A stretch of DNA of 64,000 nt from Octopus sinensis (lineage: Eukaryota): the NCBI RefSeq assembly GCF_006345805.1, contig NC_042997.1, forward strand, positions 120,590,001-120,654,000. The letters are read 5' to 3'. The translations under genes were made by a program, and so were the position numbers. Below, piece by piece: positions 50,365-64,000 of this stretch; positions within the stretch are counted from its first letter, which is position 1, and each line of letters begins with the position of its first letter. The notes beneath the pieces were generated by a model. That model saw only the letters and a list, made by a program, of their open reading frames with translations, was not told the DNA's origin and searched no databases.

Positions 50365-50736
50365 TATATATACCAGCAAATATGCACACATAAATATGTG
50401 TGTGCGTGTGTGTAGAGAGAGACGGTGAGAGAGAGAGTGAGAGAGATAGAGGGAGAATAACGGACAGAGAGAAAAGTTGACAAAGAAATGACTGCGTATA
50501 TTTATGTAAAATATAATTACATGCGCTGTGCCATGTCTTTGACAGGAAGTAAATGAATAATTTCTTACGCTTTGTAATGCACATCTGAATTCAGGTTGAA
50601 CAAGGCTTTGTTCTCCATAAGTGAATACGAGATATATGATTGAATATATAACCAGAAATATGAATATATTCTCAGGTATTCTAGTTCCCATAGGACTCTG
50701 TATAGAGCACTCGTTTCTCACTTAAAGTATCCATGC

Positions 50737-50783
<47 letters not shown>

Positions 50784-53099
50784 CTCTGTTTATATCTGCG
50801 TAAACTCATAAGCATATAATTTCTGCATAATTATATCTATGTATATGTGTGCGTGTGAGTATGTGTACGTGTAAGTAAATGTATATACGTGTGCGTGTGT
50901 GTGTATATATATATATAGAGAGAGAGACAGACAGACAGAGATAGTAACGCACTCATGTTTATATTTGTGTGCATATGAATGCCTGCGAGTTTCCCTACTT
51001 AGCATATATCCATGTGTAAACATTTCTGTATGCTAATGGCGTGGAAATAATATGTGTATACGTGTGAAAATAATATATGTAAGCACATAAAATTCATATA
51101 TCCCAGAAAAGCAATACAAAATGTTATGTGCTTATAGTCATCGAGTCAATGAAGTAAGCATTAAAATATTTAGGAGCAGCCTTCAAATTTCCATATACGT
51201 CACAGTATCTTACACATACTTGAAATCGTTTATTGTTAGCACGGAAAACTGCAACGAAGCAATTGATTTTTGTCAAAACGGGCGGGTGAAATATTCTTCG
51301 CATAAAATTAATTAAAAACTATCAAATTAATGGAATTAAGCCCCAAAATGCTGCCATTAAATATTTTATTTAAAACCTATATGCAACACTTCTACTGATG
51401 TATTGTTTAAAATTACTGCGGAGATCAAAGCTATCTATGTTAATGCCCGCTAAAGTGGTGAATGGTAAAGTGGTGAATGGTAATTGCCGTCGTGACGGCG
51501 GTGATGGTGCTTGTGGAATCGTATATTGTTTCTCAGAAATGGGTTCAATAGTATAATTAGTATAAATGACGATAAAGAGTTCGAAAGAAAAATAGGAGCA
51601 GTTTGTCTTTTAAAGTTCATCTCCGTTATTGTTGAGAGTGGAAAATGGAAAAGAAAAGAACAAAATAATGTCGCAAAAATAAACTCAACATTGTAGCTTG
51701 ATTCTATAAGAGAAGGTTACGCTCTCTTTGTAATTTAACTGGACATCGCCTATGGCTGTGTCGATGAACGAGAGTGGAAGAGAGTGATGGCGAGTGAATA
51801 AATACATGGATTTTTGTCATGTTTTTTTCTTTTGTTGGTAATAGAGGTTTGGTAATTTGATTTTGTTGAAAATTCATACTGATCAGTCTAGTTGTCGAAA
51901 AACATTATATTGAATTTAACCTCACTTAAAGCATGGCAGCGTATCCCTTCTGTCTGTCTATCTCTCAAGCTCTGTCCGTCCCTGTGCTCATCTGATCATC
52001 TGCTTCTTCGCTATTAGCGTTATTAACATCGCTCAGCTTAATCAAATCTTCACTGATTTTTTCAATCACCGATTTTGGATTTGCTAGAAATTTGACTGAC
52101 GTCAGTCAAAGAATTTGTTGTGTGGGTATTGGGTGTCATTGGTTACATTCTTCCTGACGTCATTGTTTAATTTGAAACATCCTTTATCATTGTTTAAAAA
52201 GATCATTCTAGTTGAGAAAAGAATGCTGTTTCAAACTGAGACAGCGATGCAAGTGATAACGTTGGGGACAACATATTTTTGCATCTCTGATATATTTTCA
52301 TTTACGTGCTATACAAAGTAGACCGTGTATTATATGCAAAGACAAAGATATGAAACGTTTCGTATTATCAAAGTTAAGAATCTCAGTTTCTTTGTTCATG
52401 ATAAATAGTCACGTATTTTATAACCACCTGCTTTAAGTTATCCGCTATTCATAAATGCCTATGACAATTCAGTCTCTGAATATCATAACAAGCAGATTCT
52501 TCTATACATTTAATTGGATCTCGTGTTACGTATCAAGCCATAAATTTCATTTTTATTCTCTTTTTAATAATTAATGACATTACATACCAAATATAGATGC
52601 ACAACTATAAAATCTCCATTCTCAGTATATAAAAATTTTAATATACATCATATCTAAATCTATCTATCTATCTATATAATAAAATGTTTATATAGAAAAA
52701 TGGAGGTGGAAATAGTACAGAAGTAAATCTAAGGCAATTCAATTTGGAAACAATTTAATAAAATAATTTTAAAATTATATATAGAAAATATGGAATATTA
52801 CCTGTTTCAATGAGTAATCTCATCTGATCAAATATAATAAAATGTTATAAAAGTCTGAAGTATGAACATTTTATCTTCTGCTTGGAGTTCAAAAATATGT
52901 ATGGGATCTTTTCATTGAAACCTTTAAATATGGAGTTTAAGGTATTATAGAGGAGGTATAGTTGTCTATTATCCGTAAAGAACTTTATTGAATAATCTTT
53001 ATGTCCACCTGTGTGTGAGTGTGTGTGTTTGTGTGTGTGTGTTTGCGTGTGTGTGTGAGTGTGTGTGTGAGTGTGTGTGTATTGTGCTGAATGTCCTTT

Positions 53100-54150
53100 C
53101 AAATATATATGGACACATCTTCTGGGACATCCTCCTCAAACCCTTCCTGAAACATATACTGAGTTACATACGAGACGATCTAGACATGCTAAAGCCTTGC
53201 CATAAACAGTAAATAAACATATAAATAAACGAATGGCGGTTCCCCAGCATGGCCATAGCTCGTGAGCTGAAACTAGATAAAATATAAAATATAATATAAA
53301 ATAAAATATACAACTTTTACTTCGTTTATGTTGTGAAACTATACAACAACACTGGAATAACTGCAATCCAATACTAGTTAGATACTCATCAATATGAAAT
53401 TTCCAACAGGCATTGAAAATATAATTTATCATTGATGGGCAAAGATTTATACCTGAAAGCAACTTTTTACTTTCAACGGTTCGGATGACTGCCAAACATC
53501 AGAAACAGTGATGAGTATGAAAGTAACCTCCATATACGCCAGCATAGTCATGGGATTCCACGAACAAAATATATACAACCAATCTCTTTTAATATTCCGT
53601 AACACGTTCCATACACAACTCTGAAAGAATTGGAAAAGTTAACTGGATGATTGCTTTATCTGACGGCAGAAAGACATTGACAAGCTAAGTGAATTTAAAA
53701 ACATGTCAAACAACGTCAGAAATAACATCCAATTTGCAATGGAATTTAATCCCCAAAACTGACTTTTCTGGATATCCTAATCACAAACCAAGATGGCAAA
53801 ATAGAAACGGGCATATTCTACAAACCCACTGAATCTATCCAGTACCCTCTTTTTACATCATGTCACCTGAAACACACCAAACTCAATATTTCCTTCTATC
53901 TGTCAAAACAAATTTGCCCCATGTTATCAGAAGTATCAAAACATGAACTGTAGGACGCATTTATTCAAAAAAACCTTTCCCCCTGGCATTAACATCAACG
54001 GAATAAACAAGGCGAAGTAAATAGATACCAATGAACTGAGGAAAACAAAAAAAGAAGAAAAAAAGGTAAATGTCTTACCGTTCATGTCAACCTTCAATCG
54101 CCAGAAACACTGAAATATTTGATCACATCCATAAAGACCTGTAGTGCTCC
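53100..54150 (+). mobile_element. Degenerate Penelope RT region
   Basis: DILLKPFLKHILSYIRDDLD; KNWKS*LDDCFI (motif C); FLDILITNQDGKIETGIFYKPT...LPFMSTFN. Same family as 6460-7999. Confidence 0.8.
53232..53320 (+). mobile_element. Isolated copy of the 3' tail found on the 5S-derived element
   Basis: atggcggttccccagcatggccatagctcgtgagctgaaactagataa(aatat)n is near-identical to the reverse complement of 3181-3250. Confidence 0.8.
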
Positions 54151-54985
54151 TAAAGGTTTAGATTTGTTGGTCCATGGGCTTCAAGATTGGTGTGGACTGC
54201 ATGATAGGTGTGGTAAATGTTATAAATTTAAATTCGTCCAGAATATCATCTTCGAGCTTAAGAGGTGAGCAGGAGCATTGTCGAGGATGAGGGGACCCTT
54301 GAGAGGAAGATTCTTCTCCAGATGTTACTTTTTCATTGCTGGTCCGAAGACAAGGTTGACCCACTGGGAGAAGAATTGCCTGGTAACCCAGGCTTTAACG
54401 CTTGCCCTCCAGATAACCTGCGGCTCCTCCTTCAGGATTTTATTGGAATTGAGCGCTCGTGAGTTTTCAGAATAGTAGAAAAGAAGCTGCTTAGTCTTCA
54501 AATCTCCCCACGCATTGGTACAAAGGGCGAGTGTTAGCCGATCTTTCATAGGCTTGTGACCAGACATTTTCTTTTCGTCTGCAGTTGTGTAGGTTTCTGC
54601 CTTCAATTCTATCGTAATAAGCTTTTTCTTCTTGTCAGCCCTGTCCTTTGCACTAACATTCGTAGGACCCATGGTTAACACAATTAACTATTATAAAATA
54701 ATAACAAGAAAATACACGAAACTAAACAAAAACACTGAGTAAAACGCAACAGGGATCCTGTCACAACGACATTTACACGAGAACCGAGCGAGCGGAGATT
54801 GCTCTTGTTTGGAGAGGGTGTGAGAGCTCAGCGCCGACCAGCAGTTACTTTATGCAACTCGCTCGTGTTGTGGATTTCGGCTCGTAATTCAAGACAAAAA
54901 TTCGCACGAGCCTTCGGTGATACAGAAAATTACTCGTACAATATTGCACTCGTACTTCGAGATTCTACTCGTATATATTTATATA
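54150..54985 (-). mobile_element. Tigger/pogo-family transposase fragment
   Basis: GHKPMKDRLTLALCTNAWGDLK...WRASVKAWVTRQFFSQWVNLVFGP...LDNAP...TPILKPMDQQI (DDE_1 type). Confidence 0.85.
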
Positions 54986-55934
54986 AGTGTGTGTGTGCAT
55001 GTATGTATTATGTATGTAGGAAGTTAGGTAAGTATGGAGGTAGGTAGTTAGGAAAGTGGGTAGACAGGTAGGTAGGTAGGTAGGTAGGTAGATAGGTAGG
55101 ATAGGGTTAGGTGGGTAAATAGGTCGGTATACTTACATACATTCAGAGGGATAGAAAGTAAGTGAAATATAGAGAAATACGTTTGCATCAATTTCTATAT
55201 ACGACTTATATCTTCGTATTTCCGTTAGTTTTAACAGGTCGCCCCAGTTGGTTTCATTTTTATCAAGCAAATGCGCGCTTCTTGTCCGTTTACGCATGTT
55301 AAAGCATTTCAGTCGCACCCAGTAAACCATATATTTAATTTTCTCAATGCGAGAATCAAACTAACATTACGTGCGATAGTTTATTGAAGTAATGCAGCTT
55401 AACATTTATTTGTGGTTAACGGGAAGGCGGAAAATGCAGAAAAACTCGAAAGAAAAAAAGATATCATCATCTGATTGCATATAATCAGAGTTGTTTTTAA
55501 TACCGTGTTCTCTTGTCGTTTATTAAACTGTAGTTACAAGTATTTGTGTCAGATATGTCAGATGGAAATATGTAACAGATCAAGGATATTAAACATGAAA
55601 CAATAGGCAATATTGATTTCTAGTGTTAAACAAGTAAATTGGCGAACAGAAGTGCAAAAGTGAATGACTAAGACAGATAGAGGGAGGGGGAAAGAGAGAT
55701 GAAGGGAGAGAGATGATGAGGGAGAGAGATGATGAGTGAGAGAGCGACCACGCAGATATGATAAATGATTCTCGTTCTTCGGAATTCAAATTCCGAAGAA
55801 CGAGAATCATTAGTGTCGGAACAAGTGTATCATAAAAGCTTGTACTTTTGAAAATGCTTCATGTTATTCATTAACCAAAAAATCTATTAAAAAAAATAGG
55901 AAAACTAAATGTTGAATACTGCATGATATCTAGC

Positions 55935-56149
55935 TCTTTTACTCTTTTACTCTTTTACTTGTTTCAGTCATTTGACTGTGGCCATGATGGAGCACCGCCT
56001 TGAGTCGAGGAAATCGACACCAGGACTTATTCTTTGTAAGTCTAGTACTTATTCTATTGGGCTCGTTTGCCGAACCGCTAGGTTACGGGGACGTAATAAC
56101 ACCAGCATCGGTTTTCAAGTGATGTTGGGGTGGGGGACAAACACAAACA

Positions 56150-56206
<57 letters not shown>

Positions 56207-56370
56207 TATATATATATATATATATACGTCGGGATTCTTTCAGTTTCGGTCTACCAGATCCACTTTGGTCAGCCCAAGGCTGTAGTAGAAAACACTTGCC
56301 CTAGGTGCAACGCAGTGGTACTGAAACCGGAACTATGTGGTTCGTAATCAAGCTACTTACCGCACTGTCA
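55935..56370 (-). mobile_element. SINE (family D) with an internal microsatellite
   Basis: Tail ggcggtgctccatcatggccacagtcaaatgactgaaacaagtaaaagag; same body as 59740-59930 and 62270-62610. Confidence 0.75.
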
Positions 56371-57719
56371 CTCCTACGCTTATAATTATATAGCTGTTAC
56401 TTATTTTTCGTTTTATTGCTTGGAAGGGAAAAACTGTTTCTTATAAGACAATAAAGTGATGCAAAGTATCAAATGCTCAAAGGAGAGAGGTGTATACTAA
56501 ATATAGACAAAACTAAACAATTAACTTCATGAATAGAAACAGTCATGGCGATTGTTCTCCACGCTATAGCCCGCTAACGATTGAGAATGATAACTTTGTA
56601 GTTGAACTGAGATTGTGTGTGAAAATACACACAATTATTTGCAGTGGAATGAAACTTGAAGTATAGCAGATAAATAGGTTTCTACTATGTTTCTCGTAGG
56701 TATAATATTTTTCAATATTAGACACGTGAGTTCAAATCCAACCGAGTATGGTTTTTGCCTCTCGTTGTTTTAGAGACGAAATCTCTTTTTGTCTCTCATG
56801 ATATTTACCTTTAGATACATACGTGATATATGCGTAGAAAATTTTGTACCTTATTCTGGATGATATTTTGTGGTGGAAAACGGTAGTCAAAGAAAGTGGC
56901 TTTGATGCCGCAGTCAGTGAAAAAGATATTCTCTTTATTATAACACTTACAGAATTAGTGTTTTGCTGACAACATTTCCATAAGCAATACAAAACTTGCT
57001 ACGTATTCAAATATGCTGTATTCATAACATCATTTTTCTAGGGACCAACATGTTTGTTATTTAGTCGCAAGCACTGATACAAATACCCTTCAAACACACA
57101 TTATGACCTCATTACTAAAGGAATCATAGGAGAATGAAATCTAGCGTTTGTTTGTAAAAGACTTACTATTGATCTCAAAGAGGAAGTGATGTTTCTTAAT
57201 AAAGCATTCTCTTTCGTGATAAAACAATGCAGGTGATAATCATTTTATTTCATGCATTAAAGTATTTTAGTGCTAAAATCAAGGGCCAGTTTTGATCCAT
57301 ATGACATAATATGAAATTTGTTCCTAATATTTTTGTGTATCCATACTTGCATTCTCCAATGTGCCCATTGTTTCCAAAACGCCGAAGTGTGATTTAATGA
57401 ATTTGCTGCCTAAATAAGTCATGCGGACAGGTAAAGCCTTCACTTTATCATAATGACTTCTCAATATTCCATATTCTCACATTTGCGACATAAATTATCC
57501 TAAAGATGAGATCTTCTAACTGTAGTTGAATGATTAACCTTTATAAGAAGAAAAGCTATTTCCTTGATATCTAGGATTCTAAGGAAATTTTAAATGTCAA
57601 TATCAACAATATAAGCTGTGGATTACAGAAATTTTATGCCATAACTAAGAACAGCGAGAATTAGCAGCAACGGGTTCAACAAAACACAATAATGTTCTAT
57701 GCCTCTAACCAAAGATTTA

Positions 57720-59330
57720 TGACAGACTAACTGTAGACAAAAACTTCGCTACGGGCTAGTTAGTGATCAGGTCTGCGTCGACGCGGACATCCGGTTAAAC
57801 GCGCTTTCTACTAAGGAGAATTTGACTGGGGGCTATCGCCCTCATGTATTTAAGTGAATAAATCTTTCGCCAACGCATTCTGGTTCTCCACAGAACAACA
57901 GCTATCACAATACTGGTCGAAGAGGTCTGAGCTATAGTTCGCTCAAGCGGAAGCGCAATATAACGTACTCAAAATAACTTCAGGCCTAACAAAATATTCG
58001 TACAAAGTAGCTGCACTAGATGAAGATACGGTAACGAGGATGCTACACATTTTAATCCAACCCCCAGCTACGCAAATTACACCACGTTAAAATACAGGCT
58101 GGTGGATACTTCCCAGCGGAGCAACCGAGAAGCGGCAGCCAAGACACTGGAGGAATGATTAGGTGATTCCAATCCTTCGGAATTGATGGATAAGATATAT
58201 GCAGTAGTTTCTCCCGATGAGTCACCTTCCTTTTTGTTTACGAAAATATTCCACCGCAAGTTACCACCCCAGGTCCTGCCCCCATATCTCAGATCGAGAT
58301 CAATGTCCTACGGCAGTTAGCAAAGGAAGCGGACAAACCTTTGTTTTTTTCTTATCCAGTGGTGTTATGGTCAACGCGATAGAATCGGCTTTCTCGAAAA
58401 TCCACCTCATCTGATGTTACAACCAAATATCAGCACAAGACAATGATGTACAGACAACCGCTCTGATCACTCGTTTCGGACTGTACGAATTCCAACGTAC
58501 ATCCTTTGACCTGAAAAACGCAGCACCATCCTTCCATCGCTTGATGGACACCGTAGGAGTCTGGAATTCATCTTTTCATACTTAGATGATATCTTTATCG
58601 CAGGCCAAAATGCGGAACTACACAAGAAGCACCTAGTGACTCTTTTTGATAGACTGGAACAGTATGGTCTAGTAATCCATCCTGTCAAGTGTGTGCTTGG
58701 TGTTACAGAAATCGACTTCCGGCGACATCGAATAACAGGAACTGGTGCTATACCCCAGCCACAAGCAAAGTTCTACACCAATATCTGTGCATAGTAAACT
58801 TTTACAATCACATCACACTTTCTGCAGCATAAGTGATAAGATCCCTATACAAGGCATTGTCAAAAGGTGGTTCAAAAAGACAGGCGGAGTGGGATGATGC
58901 TATGACCTTAGCCATTAAATACAATAAACAAGCTCTGGTTAAAGTAACTATGGTGTCCCATCCTCATATGTAAGTTTTGATTGCACTCACAACCATTGGG
59001 AGGGGTGGGGGCTTTTGTAACAATGCATCAATGGTCAGTGGCGACCACTTGCCTTCTTCAGTCGAAAATTGGACACCCTAAAAAGGGTCTCCGTCACTTA
59101 CGCTATTTCCTTGAAGGTCACATGTTATTGGTGTTCTCAAACCTAAAAACCACTTACTTTTGCTATGGGCAAACTCTTGGAAACATGTTCTGCATGCCAG
59201 AAACGACAGTTATCAACCGTTTCTGAGTACAACAAGGACATCCAACACATAGCTAGAAAAGGCAACCCAATTGCCGACGCCTCTCTCGTGCCTCTACCTG
59301 CTCTCAGATATATTTAGCCCCAATATCGGA
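57720..59330 (+). mobile_element. Degenerate Ty3/gypsy LTR retrotransposon (gag remnant, RT, RNase H)
   Basis: LGDSNPSELMDKI (gag); TALITRFGLYEF...LKNAAPSFHRLMDTV...YLDDIFIAG (RT); YFLEGH...IQHIARKGNPIADA (RNase H). Confidence 0.85.
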
Positions 59331-59674
59331 AGGCCTGGACTCCGAGGCTATGGCTACAGCCAAACCTGCAGATGACCAGATGAGATCAGGAAGAGAGAGA
59401 GAGAGCAAACAGAACGGGAAAAGAGATAACAGTACAGGGTAGAGTCACATGAAAATGATTCAGATAAACTTACTTGGAATTGAATGCGTGTCATTCAATC
59501 ATCATATATATATATATATATGAAGTAAAAAGAAAGACCACATGGATTTACGAAATTACAGAAACAGGCAAAAATGAGCATGTGAACAACGAGAGAAACA
59601 ATGGAAAACAAGAAAAGTAACGTAAAGAAAGACCCTCAATCATATATGTATGTACATATATATATATATTATAT

Positions 59675-59707
<33 letters not shown>

Positions 59708-59739
59708 GCGTGTGTGATTTTGTGTGTCTGTGTTTGTCC

Positions 59740-59930
59740 CCCTAGCATTGCTTGACAACCGATGCTGGTGTGTGAATGTCCCCGTTACTTAGCGGTTCAA
59801 CAAAAGAAACCGATATAATAAGCACTGGGCTTACAAAAAAATGAGTCCCGGGGTCGAGTTGCTCGATTAAATGCTGTGCTCCACCATGGCCGAGGTCAAA
59901 TGACTGAAACAAGTTAAAGAGTAAAAGAGT
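59740..59930 (+). mobile_element. SINE family D, 3' part
   Basis: ccccgttacttagcggttc...gggtcgagttgctcgattaaatgctgtgctccaccatggccgaggtcaaatgactgaaacaag. Confidence 0.75.
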
Positions 59931-59957
59931 ATATATATGTATATATATATCTATATA

Positions 59958-60059
<102 letters not shown>

Positions 60060-60229
60060 GTATGTATATGTATGCATATATATATGCATAGTGAAAGCCT
60101 TTACTTCTGTACATGTAAATTTTTCAACACTCAGTTAAGTGTATGACGACGACGATGATACACACACACATACACACACGCACAAACACACACACACACG
60201 CATCAACAAACACACACACGCATCAACAA

Positions 60230-60292
<63 letters not shown>

Positions 60293-60834
60293 CAGAAATA
60301 TTTTTTTATATACACATACATACCAGCCTATATTTTGTCTCACATATATAATTCACTTTAATGCCGATGTATTACAATAACACTGCAACGTTACTTAGCT
60401 GCTGAATAAATTCAGGAAACACCAATATTCCCAAGAAAATATTTCAATTGACTTTTCTATAACGATGTAGAACTTTGGAACGAATACGATCGAGGCATAT
60501 TTAAATGCAGTCTTTACAATATACTCTATCTATAAATGAAAATCAATATAACCAATTATCTAAAGTATCTGCGATTTTTTTCACTGGATTTTTACTTCCG
60601 CTACAATGAAACACTAAAACTAAGAACGAAGATATTTTTCAAATACCAGGGATCGCTAATAATAAGTCAAAGGCTTAAACTACTTTCCTTATGAATTCAG
60701 GAAAAGAATAATCGAGATAATGTTTTCTTCCTTCTGACATGTTAAGAATTTTCTTTATATTTAAAGTAACGTGCCTCATTCAGATTTGTTCTCGTTCATG
60801 TCTTGATATGAATACATTTATCTTAAAGGTTTAT

Positions 60835-60873
<39 letters not shown>

Positions 60874-61120
60874 TCTCTATGTGCGCATGTGTGCATGTAT
60901 TCATGTGCGTACGTTTGTGTGAGCATGTAGGTACGTTGGTATATATGTACAAACTGGTAATATAACACAATACATAAATTGTGGCATATTGAAACCCAAA
61001 TAAGTGTAGAGGAAAAGTCAGAACAAGCATGTTTTTACATAACTTCATACACACGCATTCAAGCAAGAATATACATACATACACACAGAGGCACACAGAC
61101 ACACACACGCACACATACAG

Positions 61121-61206
<86 letters not shown>

Positions 61207-61296
61207 CGTATATATATACATGCACATAATCTAATTACAAAAAGCCGTAACTTCGAAGTCACTCACAAAATAAATGTATGAATATATACCGAGAGT

Positions 61297-61350
<54 letters not shown>

Positions 61351-62148
61351 GCATACACACACACACACACATATATATATATTTAGTTATATATATATAC
61401 ACACACACTCATGTATATGTATATGCATGTATACAAAAACACAGGCACACATAACCACACACACACAAACATATACACGCAGATATTGTATAACACCCCC
61501 GTATTGTTCCAATGAGGGGCAATTATATAAGCATCTTAGTAAGAGCATTGTCGTTATTTGCCAGTATTCATAATCTTATATGGCAAATAAGTGTCATTTA
61601 CTGCGATCTATTCTTTCACGTCAATTAAACGTATTATTCTACTAACAGTACAATGAATTTTGTTACATCGTATTCTCCGAAATAGCAATAGATGCTGAAC
61701 TCTCTCAAATGTCAATTGTATCGTTTTAAGTATTCCTGCCGCTGGATAAAATTACAAGAAACCAGGTTAAGATTGATCAATACTTAAGTTCGGAGTTGAT
61801 CTTTTATAACGTTTCCGTTATTCTGAAAGCAAATGAAATAATTTGTTAAAGTTTTCATTCGATTTCTATGGAGAAAATTTTGTTTATAAGTAGGCATTTT
61901 CTGTCACGTTTTTGAAAATAGCGAAAAGGATTGAATCCATAGAATTATGTATTTATGTCGATATATATGTGCGTGCTTGTGTGTATGTATGAATGCATGT
62001 ATGTATATTTGTATGTACGCATCTATCTATCAATCTATCAATTATATATATATATATACATATATACATATATACATACACATGTATATATACATCCATA
62101 CATACATGCATAACACATACGTATATACACATGTATGTATATATGTAC

Positions 62149-62186
<38 letters not shown>

Positions 62187-62269
62187 GAGAGAGAGAGAGA
62201 AAGAGAGTGTGAGAAAGGGGGATTTGTATATGTATTTATATATTTTTATTATTTTATGTGTTTTGGATG

Positions 62270-62469
62270 TTTGACTGTGGCCATGCTGGGGCACCGCTTT
62301 TAGTCGAGCCAATCGACCGTAGGACTTATTTTTTGTAAGCCTAGTAGTTATTCTATCTCTTGTCGGACCGCTAAGTTACTCGGACGGAAGCATACCAGCA
62401 TCGGTTGGCAAGCGATGTTGAGGGGTCCAAACACAGATACGCAAACATACACACACACATACACACATG

Positions 62470-62515
<46 letters not shown>

Positions 62516-62610
62516 AACAAAGGGGCTTTTTCCAGTTTCCCTCTAACCCACTCACAAGGTTTTGGTCGGCACGAGGCTGTAGCAGAAGAGTGAACCCGGA
62601 AACTTACCAC
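62270..62610 (-). mobile_element. SINE family D
   Basis: gactgtggccatgctggggcaccgc...cagcatcggttggcaagcgatg. Confidence 0.75.
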
Positions 62611-62637
62611 TCAACCTCATATATATATACATATATA

Positions 62638-62714
<77 letters not shown>

Positions 62715-63240
62715 GGGTGCTATTTCCAACGTGGTGGTATCTCTTAGATACCCTAAATTATAAATTTAATAATAATTATTACATTTGAAGATATTATTCC
62801 CATGCTGGCTACCTGATAGGGATAGGAAGGAAATGTAAAGAATAAATATGGCCGAGGAGTGAGAGGCGGGTTGATCTGTTTGAAAGGCAATAAGGTGGAG
62901 AGGTGGGTAAAAAATTGGTACGGGTCGGGTTACTAAAGTGCGTAGTAAACCCTAGAAAGAAAGGGAAGAATAAAGTATATAATGGCCAAGTTTCTAAAAA
63001 TAGACACAGGTCTTTATTGTACTGGCTAATATCATAGTGGAGACTGAGGAATCAGAGTGAGAAAGATAGAAGTGTATACTGTTACACGCATGTGCGCACG
63101 CATATATACATAAACTTGTGCATATGTACTATTATATAGGCCCGCATACTTATGTAATTTTAAACCCATACGCATATATGCACACACAGTCATACACAAA
63201 CACGTGCGCGCACACATACATACACACACGCGCGCGCACG

Positions 63241-63272
<32 letters not shown>

Positions 63273-63422
63273 CCTTTACATATTCATTTTGTAAGATTCT
63301 TGATGTGAATTCGTGTGTTGAAAGAGATATTGTTGTATTTGGGGATGGTCAATTTACCAGTTAATCCACTGAAAACACGCGCACTACATATTTGGTGTTC
63401 ACTTGCTTCAGCTTTATTTTAT

Positions 63423-63818
63423 ACTAGCAGTATCGCCCGGCGTTTCCTCGGGTTTATTTCGACCCTTTAGAACTGGAATTTTTGAAAAGTAAAAACTTTA
63501 CATTATGTAACTTACATTATGTAGCTCTTTAAGTGATTTTTTTTCTGATTTAAATACACCGAAAAATGGCGACACAGCAGTCAAAATATCATAAAAAATA
63601 GGAACTTTCATTGAATAATGCATCGTTACGATGTAAATAATTTTTGATCTTAACATGGTCCGATTTGAATTTTTTCCTTTTACAGAATGAAGAGCGAGCC
63701 TTCTTTTATCATGCTCTCAATTTTGGTCAACTTGCGCCGTAGTGTCTCAGAGGAGATAGTATTAGTTGAAGGCTACCAAACCTGCCATACACAGAAAACT
63801 TCAGCTTTATATATATAC
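63423..63818 (-). mobile_element. Non-autonomous Helitron-like element
   Basis: Minus strand ends cccgaggaaacgccgggcgatactgCTAGt (hairpin plus CTAG) and begins ctgtatatatataaagctg. Confidence 0.6.
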
Positions 63819-64000
63819 AGTTGCGGCCAAAGTGTTCAGAACGGCATTGTTTTTGTCAGAAAAGTAGATATAAGTTTTTATCAAAGTTGTTTTATATGGT
63901 ATAATTTTCACAGACAATAAATACAATATTATTTGTTATTGTCCGCGATTTTGGTGTAATTTGAGTAGATAATACAAAAGTTATGGATGATTTAGTGATT

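Overview
This is AT-rich, microsatellite-dense animal genomic DNA. The SINE families and repeat landscape look like octopus/cephalopod DNA (inferred by pattern recognition, not by search). I find no supportable host protein-coding gene; most ORFs in the track are microsatellite translations. The window is mainly a nest of mobile elements: Penelope-like elements (RT/GIY-YIG fragments and pseudo-LTRs), a 5'-truncated Tx1-type LINE, R4/Dong/NeSL-type RLE LINE fragments, mariner, Tigger, piggyBac, Helitron and Ty3/gypsy relics, and several tRNA-derived SINE families. The most notable signal is a set of type I hammerhead ribozyme (HHR) motifs with palindromic stem III. They occur (i) once per unit in a near-identical 547-bp non-coding tandem array with an internal inversion (44321-47628, retrozyme-like), (ii) in a diverged relative (4905-5642), (iii) in a fold-back pseudo-LTR next to a Penelope ORF (8208-9008), and (iv) at the 3' end of a tRNA-headed SINE-like element (15975-16265, with related bodies at about 25.1 kb and 29.0 kb). 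Also notable are a 5S rRNA fragment fused to a SINE/LINE 3' tail, and retroelement classes that each sit in a different microsatellite (TA, GATA, AAT). There is a 100-N assembly gap at 8000-8099.
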